DNA of 64,000 nucleotides from an uncultured Bacilli bacterium (GTDB lineage Bacteria; Bacillota_I; Bacilli_A; RF39; UBA660): NCBI GenBank assembly GCA_947632565.1, contig CANRPT010000001.1, positions 19,585 to 83,584 of the forward strand, read 5' to 3'. Shown piece by piece: positions 56,122 to 64,000 of this stretch (position 1 is its first letter; each line of letters starts with the position of its first letter). The notes under the pieces were generated by a model. It saw only the letters and a program-made list of their open reading frames with translations, ran no database searches and was not told where the DNA came from. The position numbers and the translations under genes were made by a program.

Positions 56122-56871
56122 GTGATAAAGCAAAATATGCATATACATTCTCAATATTCTTGGGATTCCAGGTTAGATCTCGATACCATTGCTAGTACTT
56201 TAGCACAAAATCAGATTTCTTATGGAGCTATTGTTGATCATGTGGAGTTTGATCGAGAAGATGTTTCTTCCGTGATTCAAAAGTTTCAGATTAGAAATTT
56301 AGAAATTGATTGCATCAATGAGCAATATCAAGGAAAATTAACTTTATTGAAAGCTGTTGAAATTTCAGAACCGCATCGTTATCCAAAAGAAGTAGCAAGA
56401 TTGAGTCAAGATGTTGCATTCGACTTTATTATGGGAAGTATCCATCATATCATTCGAGATGCAGAATCTAGATATGAAACAGAAGATGCTTATTATCGTT
56501 ATTACAAAGAAGTTATCGAAATGATTCGTGCTAATCAGATTGATGTCGTTGGACATTTAGACTATATTCATCGTTACTATGATAGAGATTATAGTTTTTA
56601 TGGTCAACTTTCTGATATATTTTCCTTATTGCAGGAACATGATATGATACTAGAAATGAATACTTCTGCAGAGAGAAGATGCCATTGGAATACTTTTCCT
56701 AGTTTAGAAAAGTTGGCTAGATATCGATTGATTCGAAATGAAATTATCATCGGAACAGATGCTCATCGTGAAAATGAATTAGTAGATAATTTGGAACAAG
56801 CAGAATTAATTACAAAAGAGTTAGGATTTCAACCGGTTATTTATCAGAAAAGAAAACGAATAAATCTTTAG
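56122..56871 (+). CDS. PHP-domain phosphoesterase (HisJ-family histidinol-phosphatase-like)
   Basis: HIHSQYSWDS, GSIHH, VGHLDY, GTDAH metal-ligand pattern. Start uncertain: GTG at 56122 after AAGAGG, or 56113. Confidence 0.6.
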   Translation: MIKQNMHIHSQYSWDSRLDLDTIASTLAQNQISYGAIVDHVEFDREDVSSVIQKFQIRNLEIDCINEQYQGKLTLLKAVEISEPHRYPKEVARLSQDVAFDFIMGSIHHIIRDAESRYETEDAYYRYYKEVIEMIRANQIDVVGHLDYIHRYYDRDYSFYGQLSDIFSLLQEHDMILEMNTSAERRCHWNTFPSLEKLARYRLIRNEIIIGTDAHRENELVDNLEQAELITKELGFQPVIYQKRKRINL

Positions 56872-56904
56872 ACCTTCTACATATCCTTAAGTAGGAGGTC
56901 TTTT
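56870..56904 (+). promoter_or_regulatory. 11-bp hairpin that sequesters the mntP Shine-Dalgarno
   Basis: AGACCTTCTAC (56870-56880), 10-nt loop, GTAGGAGGTCT (56891-56901, contains AGGAGG), TTTT, then the ATG at 56905. Confidence 0.45.
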
Positions 56905-57435
56905 ATGTCATTATTTCTTATTTTTGTTTTGGCAATTGGTCTTAGTATGGATGCTTTCTCCTTGGCTATGATATATGGTACCTTAGATTTAAAAAGTAGT
57001 ATGCGTAAATTAATGAGTATTATGGTTGGAGTCTTTCATTTTTTTATGCCAATATTTGGATATCAAATAGGAGAAGTTATTTTAACACTCATTCCCATTG
57101 ATCCAGAAATATTAGTAGGAGTTATTTTTGTAGTACTGGGAATTCAAATGCTTCTTTCTTTAAAAGAAGAAGAAAAAGTAAAGATGTTAACTGGTATTTT
57201 TTCTGTTTCATTTTTTGCCTTTACTGTTAGTATTGATAGTTTTTCCATTGGAATAGGTTTTGGGGCAATGAAAACTAATATTATTTTACCATGTATTATT
57301 TTTTCTCTTGTTAGTGGAACTTTTACTTATTTAGGAGTATTACTGGGGAAAAAATTACAGAATCGTTTTGGAAGTATTACCACATTTATTGGTTCTCTGA
57401 TTTTAATTTTTTTAGGAATTAGTTATTTTTTATAG
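56905..57435 (+). CDS. mntP: MntP/YtaF-family manganese efflux membrane protein
   Basis: 176 aa, about 6 TM segments, with LSMDAFS and VSIDSFS internal-repeat motifs. Confidence 0.75.
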   Translation: MSLFLIFVLAIGLSMDAFSLAMIYGTLDLKSSMRKLMSIMVGVFHFFMPIFGYQIGEVILTLIPIDPEILVGVIFVVLGIQMLLSLKEEEKVKMLTGIFSVSFFAFTVSIDSFSIGIGFGAMKTNIILPCIIFSLVSGTFTYLGVLLGKKLQNRFGSITTFIGSLILIFLGISYFL

Positions 57436-57488
57436 AAAGTGACATTTTTTAAAAACTTGTAATTTCAATCATTGTTTCAAAGAATAAG

Positions 57489-57536
57489 AGTGAATTTTAA
57501 ATTTTCTTGTAAGAATTTTTAAAATTCACTTTTTTT
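57489..57536 (+). terminator. Strong intrinsic terminator after mntP
   Basis: 13-bp stem AGTGAATTTTAAA / TTTAAAATTCACT with inner pairing, then T6. Confidence 0.75.
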
Positions 57537-57631
57537 CTTATTAGAATTTTTCTAATTCCTCATTTTACAACTTTTCTCTTTTCTGTTACAGTGTATTCAT
57601 TCGTACGAAAAAAGGATTAGGAGGAAATTGA

Positions 57632-58474
57632 TTGAAAACCAAAAGAAAGAAATTAGAAACGATTAATTTATTGAATGATGCTATGTTTAAAGCTTTGTTT
57701 CGTAGTATAGAAGCAAGAGAAATGGTAGCAGCTTTTTTAAGTCATATTACAGGAATTGATGAAGAATTATTAAAGAATGCAGATTATCAAGGAGGAGAAA
57801 TTCCTAAAAAGAGACTTTATGAGAAAGGAAAAACAGCAGATATTATTATTAAGATAGAAAATCATAATATGATTATTCTAGAAATGAATCAATATCCAAC
57901 GGATACTATTTTTGATAAAAATGCCAGTTACGCCTTTTCTGTTCTTTCAGAATCTATTCCGATTCGAACTGAAAAGTATCCTTTTATATTTTTAATTAAC
58001 TTAGATCACTTTAATCGTTTCCATACGAAGGAACCCATCTTACATTTTTTATTAAGAGATGAAGAAGGACATATTGAGACAAGAATTTATCAATCTTATC
58101 ACTTAATTCTTGAAAATATAGTTAACAAAAAGTATAATAAAGATGAAGTAATTAAGAAGACGGTAGAGTTATTGTTGAAGAAGACCATAGAAGAGATGGA
58201 AAAAGAATATCAAGGAGATGAAATGTATATGGCAGCAATTAGAAGAGTAGAAGATTTAAGTAGGGATCCTAGATTTGTAGGATACTATGATATTGAGGAA
58301 GCGAATAGACAAGCAAGAATAGAATTTGAACAAACGGGATTTCGAAAAGGAAAAGAGAGTGGAATGAAAGAAGGGCATGAACTTGGAATGAAAGAAGGAT
58401 ATGAGAAAGCAATTCAAAAAATTTCTAGAAAGACAGGATATACAGAAGAAGAAATTAGGAAAATGCTTCGTTAA
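57632..58474 (+). CDS. PD-(D/E)XK nuclease-family putative transposase (Rpn/YhgA-like, PDDEXK_2 type)
   Basis: TTG start after AGGAGGA. LLNDAMFKALF, KTADIIIKIE.....IILEMNQ core, and C-terminal G-MKEG repeats. Confidence 0.65.
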   Translation: MKTKRKKLETINLLNDAMFKALFRSIEAREMVAAFLSHITGIDEELLKNADYQGGEIPKKRLYEKGKTADIIIKIENHNMIILEMNQYPTDTIFDKNASYAFSVLSESIPIRTEKYPFIFLINLDHFNRFHTKEPILHFLLRDEEGHIETRIYQSYHLILENIVNKKYNKDEVIKKTVELLLKKTIEEMEKEYQGDEMYMAAIRRVEDLSRDPRFVGYYDIEEANRQARIEFEQTGFRKGKESGMKEGHELGMKEGYEKAIQKISRKTGYTEEEIRKMLR

Positions 58475-58744
58475 TCAAGGAGATGAGATGTATATGGCAG
58501 CAATTAGAAGAGTAGAAGATTTAAGTAGGGATCCTAGATTTGTAGGATACTATGATATTGAGGAAGCGAATAGACAAGCAAGAATAGAATTTGAACAAAC
58601 GGATTTCGAAAAGGAAAAGAGATTGGAATGAAAGAAGTAGAAAAGAAGAAACAATTAGAGATTGCTAAGAGTCTAAAAGAGATGGGAATGAGTGAAATAG
58701 AAATTCATAAAGCAACAGGATTATCGTTAGATGATTTCAAATAA
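58474..58744 (+). pseudogene. Frameshifted duplicate of the 3' part of the Rpn-like gene
   Basis: 58474-58637 repeats 58209-58373 with two substitutions (gaAatg/gaGatg, and G/T at 58359/58623) and one G deletion (ACGGGATTT vs ACGGATTT). After the shift the frame continues to a different, typical tail ...IAKSLKEMGMSEIEIHKATGLSLDDFK, with the stop at 58742-58744. Confidence 0.75.
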
Positions 58745-59007
58745 AATCTTTTTCCTTTCAACTAGAATTTAAAGGAGTAGAGATTTCAAAAAAATTAAAT
58801 CATTTGAAAAGCTATTCCTTTTTTTATTTACGTATTTTATAGCTTTGATTTTATCTATGAAAAGACTCTAGAAATTTTTTTCTTTCCCTTTATAAAATCT
58901 TTAAAATTAAATGATTATTTTGGAAATTTATGATATAGTATAGTTAGAAATCAAGAACGAAAGTTTTTCAAACAAATACAATATAGTAGAAGTTACTGGA
59001 GGTAAGT

Positions 59008-60261
59008 ATGAAGTTGTTAGAAATTCAAGGGGGAAAAAAATTAACTGGTACGATTCGTATTAGTGGAGCTAAAAATTCATCTGTTGCTTTAATTCCTGCG
59101 GCAATTTTAGCTGATAGCGAAGTAACTATCTGTAACGTTCCTGAAATTACAGATACAGATGCTTTAACTGAAATCTTGAAGTTTTTAGGTGCTAGTGTAA
59201 AAAGGGCTAGTGAAAGTATTTTAATTGACCCAACTACGATTGAAAATAAAGAAATTCCAAAAGAATTATCTACGAAATTAAGAGCTTCTTATTATTTCAT
59301 GGCAGCTCTTCTTGGCAAATATAAATATGTAGAGATGTATTTTCCTGGAGGATGTAATATTGGAGCTAGACCAATTGATCAAACTTTAAAAAGTTTTCGT
59401 GCTTTAGGTGCTACTATTATAGAGGAGGACAATCATTATAAAATTTCTGCTCAAGAACTAATTGGTGCGCACATTTATTTAGATATGCCTAGTGTTGGTG
59501 CAACAATTAATGCTATGCTTGCTGCAACGAAGGCAAAAGGGGAAACCATTATTGAAAATGCTGCTAAAGAACCTGAAGTTGTCAATGTCGCTATTTTTTT
59601 AAATGGAATGGGTGCTAAAATTACTGGAGCAGGAACAAGTGAAATCCGAATTAAGGGAGTACAAAAGTTAAAAGGATGTTATACCGAGGTTATTCCTGAT
59701 CGAATTGAAGCTGGAACTTATATTATTGCCGGTGCCTTAGTAGGAGATCATTTAAAAATTGATAATATTATACCGGAACATGTAGAAACCCTTATATTAA
59801 AGTTGCAGGAAATGGGTGTAAAAATGGTAGTTGGACCAGATCATGTTATTGTTTCAAAAGGTAATTATCTAAAACCAGTTAAAATTCAAACACAAGGATA
59901 TCCTGGATTTGCTACCGATTTGCAACAGCCAATTACGACACTTTTAACACAATGTAGTGGAGTTTCTACTTTGGAAGAGACTATTTATGAAAATCGTTTT
60001 CAAAATGTTCCTTTCTTAAATCAAATGGGTGCTCATATAGAAATTCATGATAGAAAAATTAAAGTAAATGGTATAACTCATTTAAAGGGTTGTTCAGTGG
60101 AAGCAACGGATTTAAGAGCCGGTGCTTGTCTAGTACTTGCAGGATTAGTTGCAGAGGGGAAGACTCAAATTGTGAATATAGAGCATGTATTAAGGGGATA
60201 TGAAAACATTGTAGAAAAATTAACTGAGGTTGGAGCAGAAATAGAATTAAAAGAAGAATAG
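59008..60261 (+). CDS. murA: UDP-N-acetylglucosamine 1-carboxyvinyltransferase
   Basis: ISGAKNS, PGGCNIGARPID (active-site Cys), DLRAGA. Confidence 0.96.
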   Translation: MKLLEIQGGKKLTGTIRISGAKNSSVALIPAAILADSEVTICNVPEITDTDALTEILKFLGASVKRASESILIDPTTIENKEIPKELSTKLRASYYFMAALLGKYKYVEMYFPGGCNIGARPIDQTLKSFRALGATIIEEDNHYKISAQELIGAHIYLDMPSVGATINAMLAATKAKGETIIENAAKEPEVVNVAIFLNGMGAKITGAGTSEIRIKGVQKLKGCYTEVIPDRIEAGTYIIAGALVGDHLKIDNIIPEHVETLILKLQEMGVKMVVGPDHVIVSKGNYLKPVKIQTQGYPGFATDLQQPITTLLTQCSGVSTLEETIYENRFQNVPFLNQMGAHIEIHDRKIKVNGITHLKGCSVEATDLRAGACLVLAGLVAEGKTQIVNIEHVLRGYENIVEKLTEVGAEIELKEE

Positions 60262-60376
60262 GCTGTGTAATTATGATGAGTTTAATTTTTTCTAAATAAG
60301 TAAGAAATAAGTCTAAAAAAGGAAAAGAGTAATAAACTAAGAATAGAGAATATCTATTCTTTTTTTGAGGTGGAAA

Positions 60377-61102
60377 ATGAAAAATAAAAAATTTATCAAA
60401 TACGGAGTTTTAATTCTTTTATTAGTTCTTGTTTTTGGAATATATACAATTTTTAAGACAGATCAATTAAATTATATTGCTTTAGGAGATTCTTTGGCAG
60501 TAGGAATGAATCCATATGGTGAAGTAGGTTATAGCTATGCAGATTATTTTGCAGATTATTTAAAGAAAAAAAATAAACTTTCTTTTTATACCAAAGAATA
60601 TGCTAGTAGTGGTTTTACAACAACTGATTTAATGGAAGAAATTGAAATGAATAATACATTAAAAAAAGATTTAAGAGAGTCTGATTTAGTTACTATTGAT
60701 ATTGGAGCAAATGATTTATTACGTGAGTTTACCTTTGATTCTTTAGATATTCAGCAAATTAAAGAACTAAAGAATCGAGTAGATGAAATATTTCCTAAAG
60801 TTGATAAATGTATGGAAAATATTCGTAAATATGCGAAAGAGGATATTGTAGTGATCGGGTATTATAATCCAATTCCTTTTCTATTTAATTTAAGTGGAGA
60901 TGATTTGGATTACTTATTTGCTTATATTGATTCAGAATACCAAAAGATTTGTGAAAGATATCAATGTAGTTATGTATCTATTTATCCATTATTTAAAAAG
61001 AATTCTAGTTATTTACCAAATCCTAATGATATTCATCCTAACTTAAATGGGTATCAAGCCATTTCTCAAGAAATTATTCATACTTATTTTAAAGCATCTT
61101 AA
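60377..61102 (+). CDS. SGNH/GDSL-family hydrolase, membrane-anchored
   Basis: N-terminal TM, ALGDSLAVG (block I), IGANDL (block III), DIHPN (block V). ATG at 60377 after GAGGTGG. Confidence 0.8.
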   Translation: MKNKKFIKYGVLILLLVLVFGIYTIFKTDQLNYIALGDSLAVGMNPYGEVGYSYADYFADYLKKKNKLSFYTKEYASSGFTTTDLMEEIEMNNTLKKDLRESDLVTIDIGANDLLREFTFDSLDIQQIKELKNRVDEIFPKVDKCMENIRKYAKEDIVVIGYYNPIPFLFNLSGDDLDYLFAYIDSEYQKICERYQCSYVSIYPLFKKNSSYLPNPNDIHPNLNGYQAISQEIIHTYFKAS

Positions 61103-61204
61103 AAAGAAGAAATCTTTTTTACTTCTTTTTCTTTTTAATTCATTCCAATCTATTTGCATCTAGGAAAACTTTTGTAGTATAATTTTAGTAGATGGAGAAC
61201 AATT

Positions 61205-62161
61205 ATGAAAATAGAAAAAAGAATAAAACGGAAAATCATTCAAAGTAAAAATGTATTTGTTGTAGCACATAAAAATTTAGATTTAGATGCTTTGGGTTCG
61301 TGTATTGGAGTTTCCTCTATTTGTAAGCATTTTCATAAAAAATGTTACATTATTATTGATGATTTCAAACATGAATTAGGAGTAGAAAAGGTTTTAAAAG
61401 AAGTAGGAGAAAGGCATTCTATTATTTCTAGTAAAGAAATTCCAAAGTATCATCAGAATAAAAGCATTTTGATTATTACCGATACAAATAAAGAACAACT
61501 TTTACAAAATAATCAGATTCTTTCGTATTTTGATATAATTCTTATTTTAGATCATCATCAAGAAACTGATCAAACGATTCCTAATACGATTCATATTATT
61601 GATGAAGATGCCTCCAGTGCCAGTGAAATTGTAACGAAATTAATTTGTTTTTACCATGTTTCTTTAGATAAGAAGGATGCAACTTGTTTATTAGCAGGAA
61701 TTGTTTTAGATACCAATAATTTTGTAGTTAAGACAGATGTCGAAACTTATCATGCTGCTTATTTTTTGACAAAATCTGGCGCTGATAATAGAAAAGTTCA
61801 ATATTACTTGAAACAAGACATTAATGATTATATAATAAGACAAAAGGTGATTACAGAGGTACAAGTTCTTCATGGAAAATATGCTTTGTCTATTGCACCA
61901 AAAGAAATTTCTTATAAACGGGAAGAATTGGCTAAAATAGCTGATACTTTGTTACAATTTCATCATATACGTGCATCTTTTGTTTTAGGATATCGAGTAG
62001 ATGGTGGTGTAGGATTTAGTGCAAGAAGTGATGGAAGTGTTAATGTTGGTGAAATTGCAGAAGCACTTGGTGGTGGAGGAGATATGAATGATGCTGCTAG
62101 CCAAATCAAAAATATGACTTTGGAACAAGCAGAAAAAGAACTTCGAAAACACTTAAAATAG
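61205..62161 (+). CDS. Stand-alone DHH/DHHA1 phosphoesterase (GdpP/NrnA-like) at the yybT position
   Basis: [17 protein letters not shown] (DHH), [14 protein letters not shown] in DHHA1. Only 318 aa, with no TM, PAS or GGDEF-like N-terminal part. Confidence 0.75.
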   Translation: MKIEKRIKRKIIQSKNVFVVAHKNLDLDALGSCIGVSSICKHFHKKCYIIIDDFKHELGVEKVLKEVGERHSIISSKEIPKYHQNKSILIITDTNKEQLLQNNQILSYFDIILILDHHQETDQTIPNTIHIIDEDASSASEIVTKLICFYHVSLDKKDATCLLAGIVLDTNNFVVKTDVETYHAAYFLTKSGADNRKVQYYLKQDINDYIIRQKVITEVQVLHGKYALSIAPKEISYKREELAKIADTLLQFHHIRASFVLGYRVDGGVGFSARSDGSVNVGEIAEALGGGGDMNDAASQIKNMTLEQAEKELRKHLK

Positions 62162-62171
62162 GAGGTTTTGT

Positions 62172-62612
62172 ATGAAAGTTATTTTTGTGAAAGATTTAAA
62201 AAAACAGGCTAAAAAGGGAGAAATTAAGGAAGTAAAAGATGGATATGCTCAAAATTACTTAATGAAAAATGGGTATGCGATTGCTTATACAGAAAAGAAC
62301 TTAGAACTTGTGAAAAAAGAAAAACAAGAAAAAATGGAAGAAGAAAAGAATCTTTCCTTAGAAGCAGAAAAAATCAAAAAAGAATTGGAAAAATTAACTT
62401 TAGTTTTTAAAGTAAAAACAGGAGAAAAAGATAGAGTTTTTGGAAGTATTAGTGCAAAACAAATTAAAGAGGAATTAGAAAAAAAGGGATTTTCTTTTGA
62501 AAAAAGACAAATTGAACTTGTTACTTCCTTACAGTCTTTAGGATATCATAAAGTAAATATTACACTATATAAAGATATTATGGCAGAATTAAAAGTACAA
62601 TTAGTAAAATAG
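62172..62612 (+). CDS. rplI: 50S ribosomal protein L9
   Basis: [30 protein letters not shown]. Confidence 0.95.
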   Translation: MKVIFVKDLKKQAKKGEIKEVKDGYAQNYLMKNGYAIAYTEKNLELVKKEKQEKMEEEKNLSLEAEKIKKELEKLTLVFKVKTGEKDRVFGSISAKQIKEELEKKGFSFEKRQIELVTSLQSLGYHKVNITLYKDIMAELKVQLVK

Positions 62613-62622
62613 AGGTGGTACT

Positions 62623-63984
62623 ATGGCTATTAAAACAATTCCTCATGATGATGTAGCTGAACAATCTGTTTTAGGAGCAATGTTTTTATCTCCTCTAGCA
62701 ATCGAAAAGGCTGTAGACAAATTATTTGCAGGATCTTTTTATTTAGAAAAACATGGTATTATTTTTCAAACCATTGTGGATTTACATGATAAAAAATCTC
62801 CAATTGACATTACGACTATTACAGCAGCATTAAATCAAAGTAAAAAATTAAATGAAGTTGGTGGAGTAGAATATTTAACAGAATTAATTAATACAGTTCC
62901 TACCGCAGCTAATGTAGACTCTTATATTCAGATTGTGGAAGATAATTATATGTTAAGAAGTATTATTGATACTTCTACCGATATTGCGACTTTAGCTTAT
63001 GAACATGATGGGGAAGTTAGTGATATTTTAGATCAAGTAGAAAGTAAAATTGTTGGAATTATTCGAAATCGTCGTTCTTCTGAATTTAGACCGATTCAAG
63101 AAGTGTTAAATGAAGTGCAAGGTCATTTAGAAAAGTTAGCTACTTCTAAAGGTGAAGTTACAGGAATTTCAACAGGATGGTATGAACTTGATCGTATTAC
63201 TTCTGGACTTCATGAGAATCAATTAATTATTTTAGCAGCTCGTCCTGCTATGGGAAAAACTGCTTTTGCCTTAAATCTTGCCACTAATGTAGCAATTCAG
63301 TCCCATAAAACGGTAGCAATCTTTTCTTTAGAAATGGGTGCGGAACAATTGGCTAGTCGTATGATTTCTTCTTTGGGACAGATTGAAGGAATGAAATTAA
63401 CCAGTGGGAATTTACTAAACGATGATTGGAAGAGAGTAACGGAAGCAAAGAGTCAACTTGCGAATGCCAAACTTTATATTTCTGATGATGTTAGTGTAAC
63501 AGTAGGAGATATCAAATCTAAATGTCGCCGACTAGCAACAAGTGAAGATGGCTTAGATTTAGTTATTATTGATCACCTACAACTTTTAACGATGGGTGGA
63601 AATTATGGAAATAATCGTCAAGCAGAAATTACGGATATTTCTAGAAATTTAAAAAAGATGGCGATGGAATTAAAAATTCCTGTTGTAGCCTTAGCACAGT
63701 TATCTCGTGGGGTAGAATCCCGTGAAGATAAAAGGCCAAAGATGAGTGACTTGAGAGAATCTGGTTCTATCGAACAAGATGCTGATATTGTTGCTTTACT
63801 ATACCGCGATGATTATTATCAAACTCCAAAAGATGCTGGAGAAGCTCCAGATCCTAGTTTAAGTGAGCTAATTATTGGAAAACATCGTCAAGGTACTACG
63901 GGGAAAATCGATTTATTGTTCCGTAAAAATACTAGCACTTTTTTGAATTTTATCAAAAATGATGAAGGAGGTAATCATGAATAA
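62623..63984 (+). CDS. dnaB: Replicative DNA helicase (DnaB family; DnaC in Bacillus nomenclature)
   Basis: PHDDVAEQSVLGAM, Walker A ARPAMGKTAFALN, IIDHLQL, QLSRGVESR, SGSIEQDAD. Confidence 0.96.
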   Translation: MAIKTIPHDDVAEQSVLGAMFLSPLAIEKAVDKLFAGSFYLEKHGIIFQTIVDLHDKKSPIDITTITAALNQSKKLNEVGGVEYLTELINTVPTAANVDSYIQIVEDNYMLRSIIDTSTDIATLAYEHDGEVSDILDQVESKIVGIIRNRRSSEFRPIQEVLNEVQGHLEKLATSKGEVTGISTGWYELDRITSGLHENQLIILAARPAMGKTAFALNLATNVAIQSHKTVAIFSLEMGAEQLASRMISSLGQIEGMKLTSGNLLNDDWKRVTEAKSQLANAKLYISDDVSVTVGDIKSKCRRLATSEDGLDLVIIDHLQLLTMGGNYGNNRQAEITDISRNLKKMAMELKIPVVALAQLSRGVESREDKRPKMSDLRESGSIEQDADIVALLYRDDYYQTPKDAGEAPDPSLSELIIGKHRQGTTGKIDLLFRKNTSTFLNFIKNDEGGNHE

Positions 63985-64000
63985 AAAACAGATACTAATG
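63977..64000 (+). CDS. Start of an unidentified downstream gene (8 codons visible)
   Basis: The ATG at 63977 overlaps the dnaB stop and is preceded by GAAGGAGG. MNKKQILM... runs off the window. Confidence 0.35.

Noticed and set aside
57436-57631. Possible riboswitch or sRNA in the 196-bp spacer before the Rpn-like gene
   Set aside because: I could see only the long mntP terminator hairpin and AT-rich promoter-like sequence. No conserved riboswitch core was recognisable.
58401-58631. 76-aa ORF overlapping the end of the Rpn-like gene
   Set aside because: It is not an independent gene. It is an out-of-frame read-through of the Rpn-like gene's 3' end that runs into the duplicated 3' segment and stops at the frameshift. 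It is better described as a pseudogene fragment.

Overview
This is a very AT-rich window (roughly 70% A+T by eye, not computed) covering the chromosomal replication-origin region of an endospore-forming low-GC Bacillota genome. Gene order closely follows the Bacillus subtilis oriC neighbourhood. On the minus strand: mnmE, jag, yidC, rnpA, rpmH. DnaA-box clusters follow. On the plus strand: dnaA, dnaN, comK, recF, gyrB, gyrA; two perfect parS sites; a small SRP RNA; tadA, dnaX, ybaB, recR, bofA, holB, yaaT/ricT, a methyltransferase, rsmI; an IS110-family insertion; pth, mfd; an accessory patch; spoVT; a Met T-box leading dut-metG; tatD and a yabE-like gene; a sipW island; ksgA, yabG, veg, spoVG; a large repeat protein; yabP, yabQ, divIC; then gerQ, a class A PBP, argS, rpoE, pta, prfA, prmC, spoIIR, mntP, murA, rplI and dnaB. 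Most of the window is ordinary core housekeeping and sporulation content. No rRNA gene, tRNA gene, CRISPR array, prophage or recognisable defence system was seen. The accessory or unexplained parts are: (1) a five-gene sipW-centred island with two TasA-like paralogues, plus a third and larger paralogue at 25.9 kb that is paired with an XRE regulator and faces a convergent GT-C glycosyltransferase. Together these are a candidate extracellular fibre or matrix system and my best candidate for something under-described. (2) An 847-aa apparently tail-anchored protein with 16 near-identical 21-aa (63-bp) repeats. (3) A 24-bp CCCGGG-centred perfect palindrome present three times: once in-frame inside dnaX and once abutting the IS110 element. 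(4) Two perfect parS sites 128 bp apart. (5) A PD-(D/E)XK (Rpn-like) nuclease gene followed by a frameshifted duplicate of its 3' part. (6) Several lineage-specific small zinc-ribbon proteins. All functional calls come from reading the translations and recalling family motifs. No database search was run.
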